Below the pieces are notes generated by a model, which worked only from the letters and a program-made list of their open reading frames with translations, was not told where the DNA came from and made no database searches. A stretch of 61,190 nt of DNA, the filler included, from Ionaspis alba (Eukaryota): the NCBI GenBank assembly GCA_964255285.1. It is 7 parts of 7 records of this genome, joined end to end, with 100 filler letters (N's around TTAATTAATTAA, not from the genome) between each part and the next. Parts side by side here need not be neighbours in the genome. Positions count along the whole stretch, not along the records: positions 1 to 8,673 come from CAXUUL010000715.1; positions 8,774 to 17,435 come from CAXUUL010000716.1; 5 more parts are not named here. One strand, 5' to 3'. Numbering within the stretch: position 1 is the first letter of the stretch; the number at the start of each line of letters is the position of its first letter. Positions 1 through 13,234 of the stretch are shown one piece after another. The position numbers were made by a program, and so were the translations under genes.

Positions 1-3000
1 TTTTTCGGACATGGGGGCTGGAAGGAGATTGTGGGGTGGGAAGAAGGAAGGCGGGGTTTTGGCGTCGAGGAGGGCGAGTTCGTCTTTTTGGGAGAGGGAA
101 TAGAGAGCGCGCCGGATGGGGGGGGAGAAGAGGAGGTTTTGGGTTTCGGTCGTGCTGGATTGGTTGGAGCAGGCGATGGAGATGGGTGGTGCGGAGGCGG
201 CGGGACGGGCGCACGGTTCGATCACGCTGAGGCCGGTGGAGTCCCATTTTGTGCGGGAGATGTTGAGGAGGTTGCGGAGGTGGCCTTCGTTGGTCATTTC
301 TGCGAGGGGTTGGCGGGTGCTCCGCTCGACTATGTTGAACATGGCGTGGGCTGGGGTAAAGCTGGGCTCGTTGTTATCGTCGTAGATGGCTTGCATTCGA
401 CCAAGACGATTGGGCTTGTTGCTGAGATTGACAGCTCGCGTGAAGATACCCGTGTGAGTAGCATCGTATGCTTCACCGGCAGATGTATCGGAGAACCGAA
501 GCCACGAAAATGTGTCGTTCTCCTTCGAAGCCGCCAATATATGCTCTGGCGTCCAGATGTTCATCAATTGCTTCAAATACCTGCCCTTGAACCCCGCTAC
601 CTGATTTCCAGGTCCGGGCATATCCAGTCGAGCTTCAGGCGAGCATAACAATCGCGGAAGATCATACTCAATCAGATTCCTGATCGAATACCCAACATTG
701 ACATTCTGACCCTCCCTCAGGAACGACGCAGTCTCCGCAAAGTAGGCAAACGAAAGCGGAGAAGTCGTCTCGGCTCTCTCAAAGAGATCCGGATGGTTGC
801 AAACTTTCCGGAACTGCATAACCAAGTTCATCAAAGTGGCCGTATCCTGATCGTCTCCGACAGCAGCTTTCTCAATCAAGTCCATGATACTGATCTTGTT
901 CCTTAAATTGCCGTAGTAAGCCCTTTGGCGATAAGTCAGATCACAGAAAACGTCCTTCTCGATCTTATCCCCAAGTTCTTTCTGCACGTTCTTCTTAACA
1001 CGGCGCAACATGAACGGCTTGAGGATCATATGCAACCGCTTAAGCTGGTCTTCATTAAGCTTGGTATTGCTTTGCGCATGACTTTCGATATCCTTCGAGA
1101 ACCAGTCACTGAACTCATCGTGCGAGTCGAACAGACTGGGCATGATGAAATGGAGCAGGGCCCATAATTCCTGCATGTTATTCTGGATCGGGGTACCAGT
1201 TAGCAAAAGTCGATTACGACAATGGAAGCCTAGTAGACTCTTCCACCGGGAGCTCTGAGACGACTTGATAGCTTGAGCTTCATCCAAGATCATGTACTGC
1301 CAACGAATTTTCTGGAAATATTGCGTATCCATGACGACGAGTTGGTAGGACGTGACCAAGACATGGAAAGGCGACTCCCTCGTATACGTAATATGCTTGC
1401 GGTCCCAGAACTTTCGCAGCACCTTACGGTCCTTGGCAGTTCCCCAGTACGGCAGAACTTTGAGGTCTGGCACGAATTTCGTAATTTCCTGCTGCCAGTT
1501 GTGCAGCGTCGAGGCGGGTGCAATCACCAGGAAGGGACCCCAGATATTGTGCTTCTCGGCCAAGTATCCCATAACAGAGATCGACTGGATCGTCTTACCG
1601 AGACCCATCTCATCGGCCAGGATACCATTGATACCTTGTTCGTAAAGATTGACCAGCCAGTTGAGACCTTTGAGCTGGTACTCTTTGAGCTGAGCCGTAA
1701 GCATCTTTGGCTGCGAGACGTCGACATCACCAAGACTGGTCGGATTCTGGAAATTCATCTCTCCCTCGTCGAACTGAGCTTGAAGTTGATTGTCCTCGCC
1801 ATTGAAGGCTCGGGCTCTGTCTTGCGCTTCTTGCACCGCGTTCTGGGCATTTGCCATGGCAGCCTGTCGAAGTACAGTCTCATCTTCCGCATCAAAGTCA
1901 AGATCTTCGAAATTCGTGACCTTCGTACCGACCTTCGCGACGCTCGCCGGCAAGTTGACAGTATGCGCGTTTGGTTTACCAGGCTGGACCGTCTCGGTCG
2001 AGATAGCAACATCCGCACTGTCAGTGGACCGCTCCACTTCGTCCGTCTTGATCTTCGACCCAATAAAATGAGAGTACAACTCCGTCTGCGAGATCAAGAA
2101 GTTGAGCTTCCGCTTCTGCCGGTTGGCTTCACGATCAGCCTCAGCCTTCTTCGCATTATCAAGCTCCTGTTTCTCGGCCACACGACGCATATCACGTTCC
2201 TCGCGCTCGTTGCGCTTCCAGAAGCCCATCATCTCACGCATGCTCCTTTTCGCTCTGGCTTGAACATCTTTCGTGCTCTTGTTGGTTCGCAGTTGCCATC
2301 GTCGGGCTTCCTTGGCGGCGAGCTGCGCAGTTTTACGCATGTTGGAGAGGCGGGTGGCGTGTGAGTCGTTTTTGATTTTGAAGACCTTGTAAACGTCTTT
2401 GCGAGCCATGTCTTTCCATATCTGGTCGTAGATCTGCTGATATCCTTTCGATGCATAGTTGGTGACGATAGCCGGAGGCGAAGGCTCCTTGACGACTTTC
2501 GCGCTCTTGCTCTCTCGAGTAAGTGCACTTCGCCGATTTTCCTCCTTAGGGGCAATACGAACGGGATCTTCTCTTTCAATACCAAAACCAGCAAGATGCG
2601 CAGCTTCAGCATTGTCCTTCTCGGCTTGTTTCTTCTCCTTAGATTTCCTTGGTCGTGTAGTGACACCGCCACGATTTTGTCTCTTCCTTGGTGGTTCTGG
2701 CGATAAGTTGTTACCAGCCTGAAAGGTGCCCATGGTACCTCCATTGAGGTTCAATGCCAGTGGCGTGACCTCACGGATGCCTTCAGGAGCTTCGCCAACA
2801 TCCAGTACCCGTTTTGTGCTCTTGACCTTCATCTCCGCCTTTTGTGCCTCCCGCAAAAGCTTCTCACGTTCCGCATTGTCAGCTGTAAGCTGGAGCTTTT
2901 CGATAGCTGCACGTTGTTTCTGCTCTTCGTTCTGGATAGTCTTTTCCCGCCGACGCTTGCGTTGCATATCCTTTTTGCGTTCCTTTTCATCTTGAATCTC

Positions 3001-4419
3001 CTTCTGTTGCACTTCCGCTATGACTTCGTCTTCGTGGAGCTGCACGAATTTGTCTTTGCCAATTTTGGCGAAGGATCCCATTTGGGAGGAGATTCTGCCG
3101 CTGCCAACTGTTCGACGGCGCTATAAGGTTATTAGCAAGTACACTTAAGAAGAGCTAGACGAGGCCCAACACACCTTGCGCTTGCCAGTCTCGCCATCTT
3201 CGACCTCGAGCTGTCGCTTCTGGCTCAATATTCTGTGGCGTTCCTTGGCATCATTCCACTCAGGCGATTCAATATCGCTATGCTGCATGCTATTGATCTC
3301 ATCCAGAGCCCTTGTTATCTCCTCGTTTTCTTTGTCAGATGTTGTTGGTACCGGCTTGGACGATGGAATGACTTTCGAGTGCCTAGGCTTGACAGCATCT
3401 TTGACCCGCTTCTCTTGAATTGACTCATCCTTGAATACGTGTGAAGACTTGTACGAGGATTTGCGTGCACTAGTAGTGGGTGGCATGGCATTCACTCCAG
3501 ATCCAGTCACATCGCCATTCGGTGTCTTGGAAGATCTCCGATTTTGCTTAGGGGTAGACTCTTGCTTCACCACGGTTTTCGGAGGCTCGACAACAGTACT
3601 TGACAGAATGCTTGAGAACGACATCGGATCCGCACGTACTGGCTTTGGTTCCTCGACGGCCTTTTGTGGTGTGCACACTTGTGATTTGATGTCCGCTGCA
3701 TTCGCCTGCTCCGACACACCGTTCATGGTCGAAGCAATCCCCAAATGGTTCTGCTGCATGGATGGAGAGGCACCGGAATTGTGGGCTGGTGACTGTGGCA
3801 CGGAGTTGTGGCGGCTTGACGGATGAGCATGGAGATTTGGAAAAGTTGGGGAGAGCTGCGGGAAGCGTGCTGAGATGGGTGATTGATGAGTGCTGCGACT
3901 TTGTTTGTGGTCAGAGCTATGCTCGAAATACGATGCCGAGTCTCGGTTCTACCGGGCCATCGTTAGTTCCCTTACATTGAAGTCTTAGATCGAAGTTTTA
4001 CTTACCTGCATGGGAGAGTATGCCGGGCGAGGAGACTGGTTCCATGCCGCAGTGCCTTCACGATGCTCGGAGGTAGGATCGTAGTACGTCGAAGTACCAG
4101 GCTCTCGCGAAGTATATCCCATAGACCTGTTCAAGTGCGAGAGACCATTCTTGGGCGACGGTGGTGGACCTAGACGTGGACTTTGAATTATATTTGTGGA
4201 GGCAGGCATGGCTGTCGAGGTGGAAGGGCGGGACGAATAGGTAGGGTATGCTGATGATTGATGGTGACCGTTGGCGGATGGATTGGAGTAGTGGTTTAAT
4301 GTCGGCGACCGCGATTGATATGGCGGTAGTTGGTGCACACTCGAGCCAGCCATGTTGTCTCTTCGTAGACGCTCGTCCTCTTCGGTAGGAGACCGCTGGG
4401 TCACCGGGTTATGATACAT
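1..4419 (-). CDS. INO80: INO80 chromatin-remodelling ATPase (SNF2 family), 3' end truncated at window start; exons about 4419-4006, 3948-3175, 3120-<1
   Basis: Manual translation of the minus strand gives [25 protein letters not shown], Walker [51 protein letters not shown] and [28 protein letters not shown] introns with branch sites at 4005-3949 and 3174-3121. The long exon is absent from the ORF track because it runs off the window. Confidence 0.95.
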
Positions 4420-5781
4420 GATGGTATTGATGATTGTTGCTGCATCGCACCAATGATGATGGTGAGGTTGGATGCAGGAGTCGTGGCAAACGCTGGTGGG
4501 TTTGAGGGCGGGATAGTCGCGTTTCTCGATCAGTCAGTCAGTCTATTGTAGCGTGGTAGTTTATGTTGACAATAGCAGTGGTGTGATGGTGGATGAATGC
4601 TAAGGATATCGGAGGGTCATTGAAGAGATTTTTTGCGGGGCGCACGAGTCGCCCTGGCCTGCTTCGAAGGGGTTATACGCGTGATGACCGGATTCAGCCG
4701 CGCTTTGAAGGTTGGTGAAGGGGGATTATTATCGCATCGTTGTCCGGTGACTTGGTCGGGATGACGAATTCGACGACGAGAGAGGATTATCGAAAGGCGA
4801 TATGGAGATGGGAGGAGAGGATGATGATGGTGAATGGGGGGCAATTCATGGTGGTTGCGTAGCTGAAGGGAGAGATGACAGCTTTGCCGGGGAGTAGTGG
4901 CTCTTCGTTTTGGAATCCATGGTCTTGGATGCGAGGGACAAATTTCACACTCGAACCATCACCGCCCCCGAACAACTTTCGCCCACACAAAGTGAACAGG
5001 AACCCTGGACTTTTGGAGCATACATCCAGAAGATGGCACTAAGCCTAATTTGCAATAGCAAGCATGCTCTCCTCTACGATCACCGGCTTCTATCTTCTAT
5101 ATGTTCTGTATACAATGATAAATTGTTAGACCGTTGTTGCTGTTGTTCTCCTTCTCTTCTTGTTCCGCCAAATTGCGACGGCGGCTTGTGCACAAGTAGT
5201 AAGTGGTTGCTGTTGGTTGACCTTAAATTTTCCCTTTATCGATTGTCGACCTTTCTGTCCTTCCGTTCATGCCTTCCCGCCTACCCGCTTTCAGCATATC
5301 ATCCCTGTTCAACCATGCAGCGCCTCCATTATTCCATACGTGGTGCAACAGATTGTACAGAACTAGAAGTAGCAGACTTTCACTCTACATGCAGGATTAA
5401 TTCGTCGAGAGCAGCATAATGATGCATACGACTTTCTGAGACTTGACTGAGATTTGGCAAAGTTCAGTTCTAGAAGATGGCAAGCTCTCTTGAAGAGGCG
5501 GAACTAATCTCTCGTCATAACCACGGTCTGTACGCACCGTAGCACCACCGCAACGCTCCTACCCAACCAACCGGAGTTCCCAAGCCCGCAGCAATGTCCG
5601 ACACCTCTCTATCCCTCCAACCAGTCACTCACCCAATAATCATCCATTCATAACACGCTCAATATTCACCTTCTCATAGACAGTAAAAGCTCTAGATTTA
5701 ATCTACTACTCCCCATGCGATGCCCAACGCCATCAACAATCATGCATTCCGACCCTGTGGTATCATACATTTAAACGCTCC

Positions 5782-8071
5782 TCAAACCCCACCTCCCGGG
5801 CCATTCCCACTTCCTCCTCCTCCCCCACTCCCCTTACCACTCTGATCCAACAAAAGCGTCGGCTTAATAATCCCCTCATCCAGCCTCTGAAACCAAGCCG
5901 CCGAATCATCCGTCCCCGTAAAGAACTCCCTCAACGCCCCCGTCGCCGTCATATGGCCCTCATGTCCCGCCTGCAACGGATGCGTACTTCCCGACGTCGG
6001 ATACGGATTCCTCATCCCATCCTCCCCAGATGGCGGAGGCGAAGGTCTCCGCTTCGGCGACCGACGCGGTGCAGCGGGGGGAAGATCGCTATCGGAGTAG
6101 AGGTCTTCGTCACTGGGGGTGTTGGAGCCTTTGCCCAGGAAGGGCTGGTCGGCAGTGGGGATGCGGTCTCGCTGATTATGAATCGAGTTGTGGCGGCCGG
6201 AATTGGTCGATGTGGGTCTGATCGGCGGACTGGGATTGTTGCTCCCGCTGCTATAACTGCCTTCCCAAGCTCCGCCATTACCGTTGGCACGAGCATCGAC
6301 TTTTCCGAGACGCACGTTGAAGTCGTTACGAGAAGGCGTGTGGCCGAAAGCGTTGCCGCTGCGTTTGTAGTAGGTCCCGTTTGTGGTCGTTTCGATGTCG
6401 AATTCGTCGTCTGAGTCGACTTCTTCGACGACGCCCGTGCGGATGCCCATGATTTCGAGCATGCGGGCTGTGGTTCCGCCGAAGATGATTACGGTAAGCA
6501 CGACGACGACGAGAACGGTGGCGCGCAGGGTGCTGACGTTTTCGTCGCTGCCCACTATGCCTTCCGCGAGGGCGACACCGACTGCTCCACGTAGTCCTGC
6601 CCAGAAGAGCATCACTTGGTATGAGTGTGGGAGTTCTTCCGCGCCGGCCATCTCTCCTCGGCGTTTGGCGCGGAATCGGATGGTCCAGTTTATTAGTTTG
6701 GAAAGGGGAAACACTGCGACGTATCTCGCGACGCATATTCCTATTGTGGCGATTAGGATAAACAGTGGATTGAAATATAGCTTCTTCTCAGTGAAGAGCG
6801 TAATTCCTAGGTAAATGAAGATGAAATTCTCGGATAATTGTGCGAGGACTTGGAAGATGTATTTGGTGGTCAGCTGTGTCCGTCGTGACATGTTGTAATA
6901 AGCGTAGTGCTTCAATGTTATGCCGCAGAATAAAAGAGCCACAATACCTAGAGCATGTCAGTTCTCTGAGAACACTCACCTCGCGTAGATATTTACCAGA
7001 CATGCCAATCCCATTGGCAAAGAAATAGCTCGCATATGCGATAAGAATGACAAGGCAGCTCTCGATCTTTGGGAATCGTCGCACGTGCGTGAACTTCAGC
7101 CCCAGAGTCGCCAGGACACCTACCACGACTCCTATGACAAGGCTCCCAAAGAACACGAGCAAGAAGACTCCTATGGCCTCGAAGAAGGTAAGAACGCTTA
7201 AGTGGCTCTGTTTCTGCGGAGATTTCGTCGGCACGTACTTCTGCGCCGTCTCGAACAGCACGATGGCAATAGCATCATTCAGAATAGATTCGCCAAAGAT
7301 CACGGTATATAGCTTCGGATCCACCTTATAAGCATTGAAGATAGCGAGGATAGTCACTGGATCTGTCGCCGAAAGAGTCGCGCCGACGGAGAAAGCCTCC
7401 ACGAAAGAGATGGTGAATTCATCGATGGGAATGAGAGTCCAGAGATAGAGTATGACGCCCAGGACAATGGCTGAGATGAAGGTTCCCGCGAATGCGAAGG
7501 TCAAGATGGTGCCGATGTTGCGGAAGAAATTGGCTTGGTGCAATTCGTAGCCTGAGGCGAGGATGATGGGCGGAAGCAGGAGATTGAAAAAGAATTGATA
7601 GTTGAAGGTCACGGCGCTTTGGATGAAGTTATTGGATGTCAGTCGTATTATGAGGCCCACCACCATGCCTACAGTGTCGCAGTCAGTTTTGAGGTACTGT
7701 TTGTGTGATGATATAGCGAGTGGAGTCCGCTGGGTACATACCACCAAAGATGGAGAGAACCGTCTCATGCACAGCTTGTATCTTCTTCTGTTGTAGCATG
7801 TAACTCGTAAAGAGAGCGACGATGAGGAGCATTATGAGTATGAAGAGGGCCAAGGACGACGAGACTTCTTTCTGTCCTGCTTTCGGGGCTGAATGGTCAC
7901 CATCAGTATGTGTTTCTTCTCGAGTACACAGCTACTCACATCCATCTTCAGGCGCCGCATCTTGATCTCCTCGCTCTAAGCAGATGAATTAGCTCTCGAT
8001 TCCAGGTACCTTTTAACGGCGGAGATCGTACTGAGGAGCTCAAGGACGGTGTCCGTAATGACCGAGGCCAT
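5782..8071 (-). CDS. NHX1: Endosomal Na+(K+)/H+ exchanger (CPA1 family), multi-exon
   Basis: Motifs IQAVHETVLSIF, FFFNLLLPPIILASGY, LSATDPVTILAIF, FGESILNDAIAIVLF and WAGLRGAVGVALA. ATG at 8071 (MASVITDTVLELL) followed by short introns. The start position is less certain than the call. Confidence 0.93.
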
Positions 8072-8673
8072 GATGTTGGTAAGAGTATCACTGGATCATG
8101 AGGAGGAACAGGTTTCTGCGACTTCCATCTCTGCCATGTCCATTGACAAAAAGAAACGTAAGTGGGTGTCCTTAAGTTCGGATGAATCTGGTGATGCACG
8201 TTAAGGCCGAAGCCCTGGTAGTAGCTAAGCCGGGAAAATGTCACACCACGGGTGCGGCGTTTCGAGATTGAGCCAATCAAAGCTCACTATTTGCACGGGA
8301 CGAACGGCCTTCAGGATGGCCCCGGTCGATGTTAGAGTGTCGGTATCATGTTTTCTTTTGGTTACGTAGGAAACGGTTTTTGGCTAATAATGGTCCTCCA
8401 GAAATATTCTTCTATTACTCTACATCGCTTTTTGAACGTGACGAAGTATACTTGAAGAGCAATCTCACACGTGGCTGGACAGAGCCGAATCAATATCAAA
8501 TTATGTACAGAAAGAAGTCGTATTTGTACAGCGCGGTGATCTCACCGCACAAAATCCCCCACTGGGACACCTGCACCTCTCCACTTTGACCCAAAGGGAT
8601 GTATTCAATACATCCTTACCCCTATACTGTCGGCCGTAGCACCTAGGGTAGAGCGACTTCTCCTTCGACTAAC

Positions 8674-8773
8674 NNNNNNNNNNNNNNNNNNNNNNNNNNN
8701 NNNNNNNNNNNNNNNNNTTAATTAATTAANNNNNNNNNNNNNNNNNNNNNNNNNNNNNNNNNNNNNNNNNNNN
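8674..8773. other. Artificial contig linker (N44-TTAATTAATTAA-N44)
   Basis: 100-nt N run with a stop-codon spacer, identical to five other linkers in the window. Confidence 0.99.
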
Positions 8774-9016
8774 GACTCAGTTCCATACATACAGAAGAAC
8801 TCAAAGATAATCAAATAAAACAATAAATTAAAGCCGCAATCCCATAATTCATGAACATATTTCATGCCGCGACTCGAGGAGCAAATAGATCTGAAGGTTG
8901 TTCATTATTTCATCCTTAGGTTGAAACGATATGGTGAAATAAAATACAATCCAATTCTGCAAATTTCCACTTCTAATAATCCTGCATTCTAACGTTTTCT
9001 CATATGTTTTCCAAAA

Positions 9017-9925
9017 ATGACCGAGCCTCAAAAGCCCGCAGATCTAGCAGATCAAGTCACATCAGACGATACACCCGGAAGCCTTCTGCCTCCTCCGTTC
9101 AATTACACTCTGCCTCCCCCTGTAGTCATCACACAGGGTGCCGAAGCAATTCTCTACCGGACTCACTTTCTCACCCCAGCTCACCCCGCTGCGCTGAAAT
9201 ATCGGCCCACAAAATCGTGGCGGCATCCCTTACTAGATGTGCGACTCACCCGGCATCGAATCTTGAGTGAGGCAAGGATTTTGGTGAGATGTAGGAGAGA
9301 GGGCGTTGCCGTCCCTGGAGTGTTGAGCTTGGACTGGGAGGGAGGAGAAGTGGACGGGGGAAGGGGAAGGAAAAGTGGGGGCTGGATGATTATGGAGTGG
9401 ATCGAAGGGGAGACTGTCAGGAAGGTGCTGGAGGAATGGCTTAGATATGAGAAAGAAAGTCCCATGTTGAAGGACAATAAGGGCGAAGTACAGGCGGAAG
9501 GGAAGGGCCAAAACGAAGAGCTGACGATGCTCATGAGCAGAATCGGAAAAACGGTCGCCAGGATGCATGAGATCGGGGTTGTTCACGGTGATTTGACGAC
9601 CAGCAACTTAATGCTACGTCCGTGGCGAATGTTGGAAGGTCTTGCCAATGAAAAATCCAATGGCTTTATGCAGTCACGACCTTCGTTGGACGGCGATATA
9701 ATACTGATAGACTTTGGACTCGCTGCACAAAGCGTTCAGGACGAAGACAAGGCCGTGGATCTCTATGTCCTAGAAAGAGCGTTTGGCAGCACTCACCCCA
9801 CCGTGGAAGGGCTCTTCACAGAAGTACTCAATGCCTACGGGAGTAGCTACAGAGGAGCGAAAGTGGTCCTGAAGAGACTCGAAGAGGTGCGGATGAGGGG
9901 AAGAAAGAGGAGCATGCTGGGCTAA
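9017..9925 (+). CDS. BUD32: EKC/KEOPS complex atypical kinase Bud32/TP53RK
   Basis: QGAEA, LKYRPTKSWRHPLLD, HGDLTTSNLML, IDFGLA, DEDKAVDLYVLERAFGSTHP and the C-terminal RMRGRKRSMLG. Confidence 0.97.
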   Translation: MTEPQKPADLADQVTSDDTPGSLLPPPFNYTLPPPVVITQGAEAILYRTHFLTPAHPAALKYRPTKSWRHPLLDVRLTRHRILSEARILVRCRREGVAVPGVLSLDWEGGEVDGGRGRKSGGWMIMEWIEGETVRKVLEEWLRYEKESPMLKDNKGEVQAEGKGQNEELTMLMSRIGKTVARMHEIGVVHGDLTTSNLMLRPWRMLEGLANEKSNGFMQSRPSLDGDIILIDFGLAAQSVQDEDKAVDLYVLERAFGSTHPTVEGLFTEVLNAYGSSYRGAKVVLKRLEEVRMRGRKRSMLG

Positions 9926-10068
9926 AGACGTGGCTGAAGATCCTCAGCCTACTTGCTTCGATGACTATCTGGTGATACATGAAGACTGGTATTACATGCG
10001 TCAACGCCTCCGGCGCCAGGAACGCCACGCTGTTGTGAACATCAACCACATCAAGGCGGTCCACAAGC

Positions 10069-11078
10069 TCAATCTCTGATCTCGGCCATTGCAAAGTACC
10101 CTTTATTCTCGATCACGCCACGATCGCGCACCACGGCTGTGTACTTTACCACCCATTGTGGCTCGACGTCACCTTTCAGCCCCCCGGAGTCTCCCTCAGC
10201 GTCTGCTAGCACACCTGCGCCTTTCTCTCCTGAGCCAAGCAGCTCTCTCATCGTACCTTTAGGCAAAATGTTTGTGCAATCATTGTGTGTCAAGAGCTCA
10301 ATTCTCTCTTGTTTGGCGTACAGTATCAAGGACTTGGGCACCACGCAACAATCTCGGACATTTATCTGATCCACTGATGGACGGACTTTGACCCTGGGAA
10401 GGAATTTCTTGAGCCTGTCGCTCCCAAACTCGGCAAGCCCAATCTGTGCTACTATGTTTTTCGAGTGGAGGTATTCCAGAGTTTGCCATGTCTTCACCAT
10501 GTCGTCCAGTCGCTGAGCCTCTTCGCATTCATCTCCTTCTAGGTCTTCATCTTCATCGTCATCCGCGTCAAAGGAGACTCCTTGATAGGACACTATCAAT
10601 AGATCTATCGAAGGCACGTGGAGTTCTTTCAGGACCAGATTTACGGCCTCCTCTGTATGCTCACAGCGCGCGGCATTCTGTGTGCTTGGCAGGAAGAAGA
10701 GCTTAACGGTGATATCGTATTGTGACCTTTCCTCTGCTAGACCGGACGATGAGAAATCAATTGATGGAACATATAAGACATTGTTCTCCCTCCTGGTCCA
10801 ATTGCTATAAAGCGGTTTCTTTGCTCCAATCGTACGTGGGTTATTTCTGTTCCCATTGCGGAGCTCCCCATTGGCGACAGGCTCGACCGCTTGCTGAGAG
10901 GCTTGAATGTTGGCACGGAGTGAATTTGTGAGTTCCGTGTTGGACTTCTCTGATGTTGGACGTCGAATTATGGAGGGCCCGCCATTCATGATATTGCTAT
11001 GATGCCCGGTTAGTGAATGGGGACAACCAGCACTCCGCACAGGAGCGCATACGATGTAGATAGGATAAGCTTCGTCAT
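10069..11078 (-). CDS. Glutamate-cysteine ligase regulatory (modifier) subunit, aldo-keto-reductase-like fold
   Basis: Spliced start MTKLILST|SNIMNGGPSIIRRP; YDITVKLFFLP, IGLAEFG, RPSVDQINVRDCCVVP, ELLTHNDC and WVVKYTAVVRDRGVIENKGY. Confidence 0.88.
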
Positions 11079-11435
11079 GGCGATTACTTGTCAGGCCTGA
11101 GAAATAGAACTAAATCTATTCTTCAGGAATTCTTCCCACAACGCCCGGTCCCGGTGAAACCCTGATTGGGAACCGGTAACACCGTGGCATATATGGATCG
11201 TACAGGGACTGGAGAACACGAAACAGTCCGGTGATATGTCCTGAAGGCAATGACTTAGCTTAAAAGAAGTAGAAATTCCTGATTTGCAAATTTCTTTCTG
11301 GTCTCCATAATATGGCGGTCGATGCGGCGGTCTATCCTCTTGGCGGGGTGAAATTGCCAAGATAAATCTTCCGAGCCTCATCCCGCCTGTTCTTCTCGCT
11401 CCGCCGCCAACAGTGCACCTTCGACGGCGCAAAGG

Positions 11436-12209
11436 ATGGCTATCAAGTGAGATTGCTACGAAAAAAGCATCCTGACTTCCAGCTGACGATCGCTTAGCTA
11501 TCTCATCCTATTGTCTCGGCAGGGTAAAGTTGTGAGTGCTCCCAGTGGTGACCTACCCTATTAGCTTCAAAAGCTGATTAGCAAAAAAAAAAAAAATCAG
11601 CGCCTGGCAAAGTGGTTCACTACACTCTCTCCCAAGGATAAAGCAAAGATCATCAAAGATGTGTCGCAGCTCGTACTGTCACGGCGCACTCGCATGTGCA
11701 ATTTCCTTGAGTACAAAGGTACGGCGCAAGGCGGCAATTGCTCATTGCAACGATGCTGATGTTCTCTGAATAGATACGAAGGTGGTCTATCGGCGTTATG
11801 CGTCCCTCTTCTTCATCGCTGGTTGCTCCTCGACCGACAATGAGCTTGTTACACTTGAGATAGTCCATAGATATGTGGAGCAAATGGATAAATACTATGG
11901 AAATGTTTGCGAGCTGGATATCATCTTCAATTTCCAAAAGGCATACTTCATTTTGGACGAGTTACTGTTGGCCGGTGAAATGCAGGAGAGCAGCAAGAAG
12001 AATGTGTTGAGGTGCATAAGTCAGCAAGACAGCCTGGAAGACATGGAGGTGAGTATCTAGCTTGTCTGTGCGTTTGGTTTCTCGCTTGGAGGACTTTCCA
12101 TGGATTTGTTGCCTTTTCTTTCCAAGACAGGCCTCCTCGCGATCGTGTCATCGACTGACACATGACGTTTTCTCAGGTCGAGGATGATGGGGTCACCAAG
12201 ATCATGTAA
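11436..12209 (+). CDS. APS1: AP-1 adaptor complex sigma (small) subunit, 5 exons
   Basis: Spliced product [68 protein letters not shown]...[31 protein letters not shown]. Confidence 0.95.
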
Positions 12210-13234
12210 TGGTTGTTCCGGTTGAGGATTATTAATTGTATATACCCTGCTGGCATTTTCTGGGGTCGGAGACACACTTATACGAGCATTTCCAAGCGGA
12301 TCTAGCTAATGGCTTGATATCTGTTCCACCGACAGGCTTCAGAAGATATTCAGAGCAGACTCCAGGACGCTGGTTTGATATGAAGGACAACTTGCATGAT
12401 TGGGGTAATCCTTGGTCTCCGGCGCACATAGCGCGCACGGGCTTCTGCTACAGGTATACCCCGAGGCGTTTGAGCAGTCCCTACCAAACTTTGGACTCGG
12501 AAAAGTTGAGGAACGATGAGAAATGACATTGATTGAGCCAGGCCCAATCCCTAAGACCTTCCCATTGCTTTGCGTCGTGCACGTGAAAAGGGAGTTTGAG
12601 ATATCACCTACATTTCCTCGCTGCCATGATCTGTTACTGTACCAATCAATATCTGGTAATGAAATCTGTGCTGACGAGTCTAGACGTCGCCCCGAAATGC
12701 AGTTTCTGTGTGGCTTCATGCCCATATCATGTCACTATATCTGATCAGCCCTCGTACTGATATCAGTCGCTCCCTCTTTCCATGTCAGCTGACTTATCCG
12801 ACTAACCGCATTCGTACTTTACCGTGCCTACCGGGCGCATTATTGCTCCTCACTCCCCCAACCCAATACCATCACTGCCATAATATCAGAACAATATGTC
12901 ACATCACGCTGCTGCCATCTGCTAGACATCTGTCTAGCAGATCGTGTACTCGAGGGGACTCCGCCAGTACGTTCCACAGTTGCTATCGCAAGCAGATCGG
13001 CATATATACCTAGAACTCCCCGCATCAACAGGTTGCGCGTCGCAATCGCCGAAGCTGCACTGCAGGATTCCATCCTGCTTGCTATAGGGTCACCTTGGCA
13101 TTAAGGTCTTGAGGACATCCGTATCGGAGTAGTTGATCTAACACTCAACAACAAAGTAAAGCTCTCCTCTGTCCAGCGTCAGCAGAAGTACATGTGTGTT
13201 AACTGAATCAAGTGGCCTTTCAACTTAACACGGT

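Noticed and set aside
31..3826. Long plus-strand ORFs (31-648, 1273-2364 and others)
   Set aside because: Antisense shadows of the INO80 coding exon; no recognisable motifs.
8718..8729. TTAATTAATTAA recurring about every 8.75 kb, superficially like a regular repeat array or TTAA transposon target
   Set aside because: Always centred in N runs; an artificial spacer.
11583..11597. Poly-A run
   Set aside because: Lies inside an APS1 intron; no target-site duplication or retroelement body.
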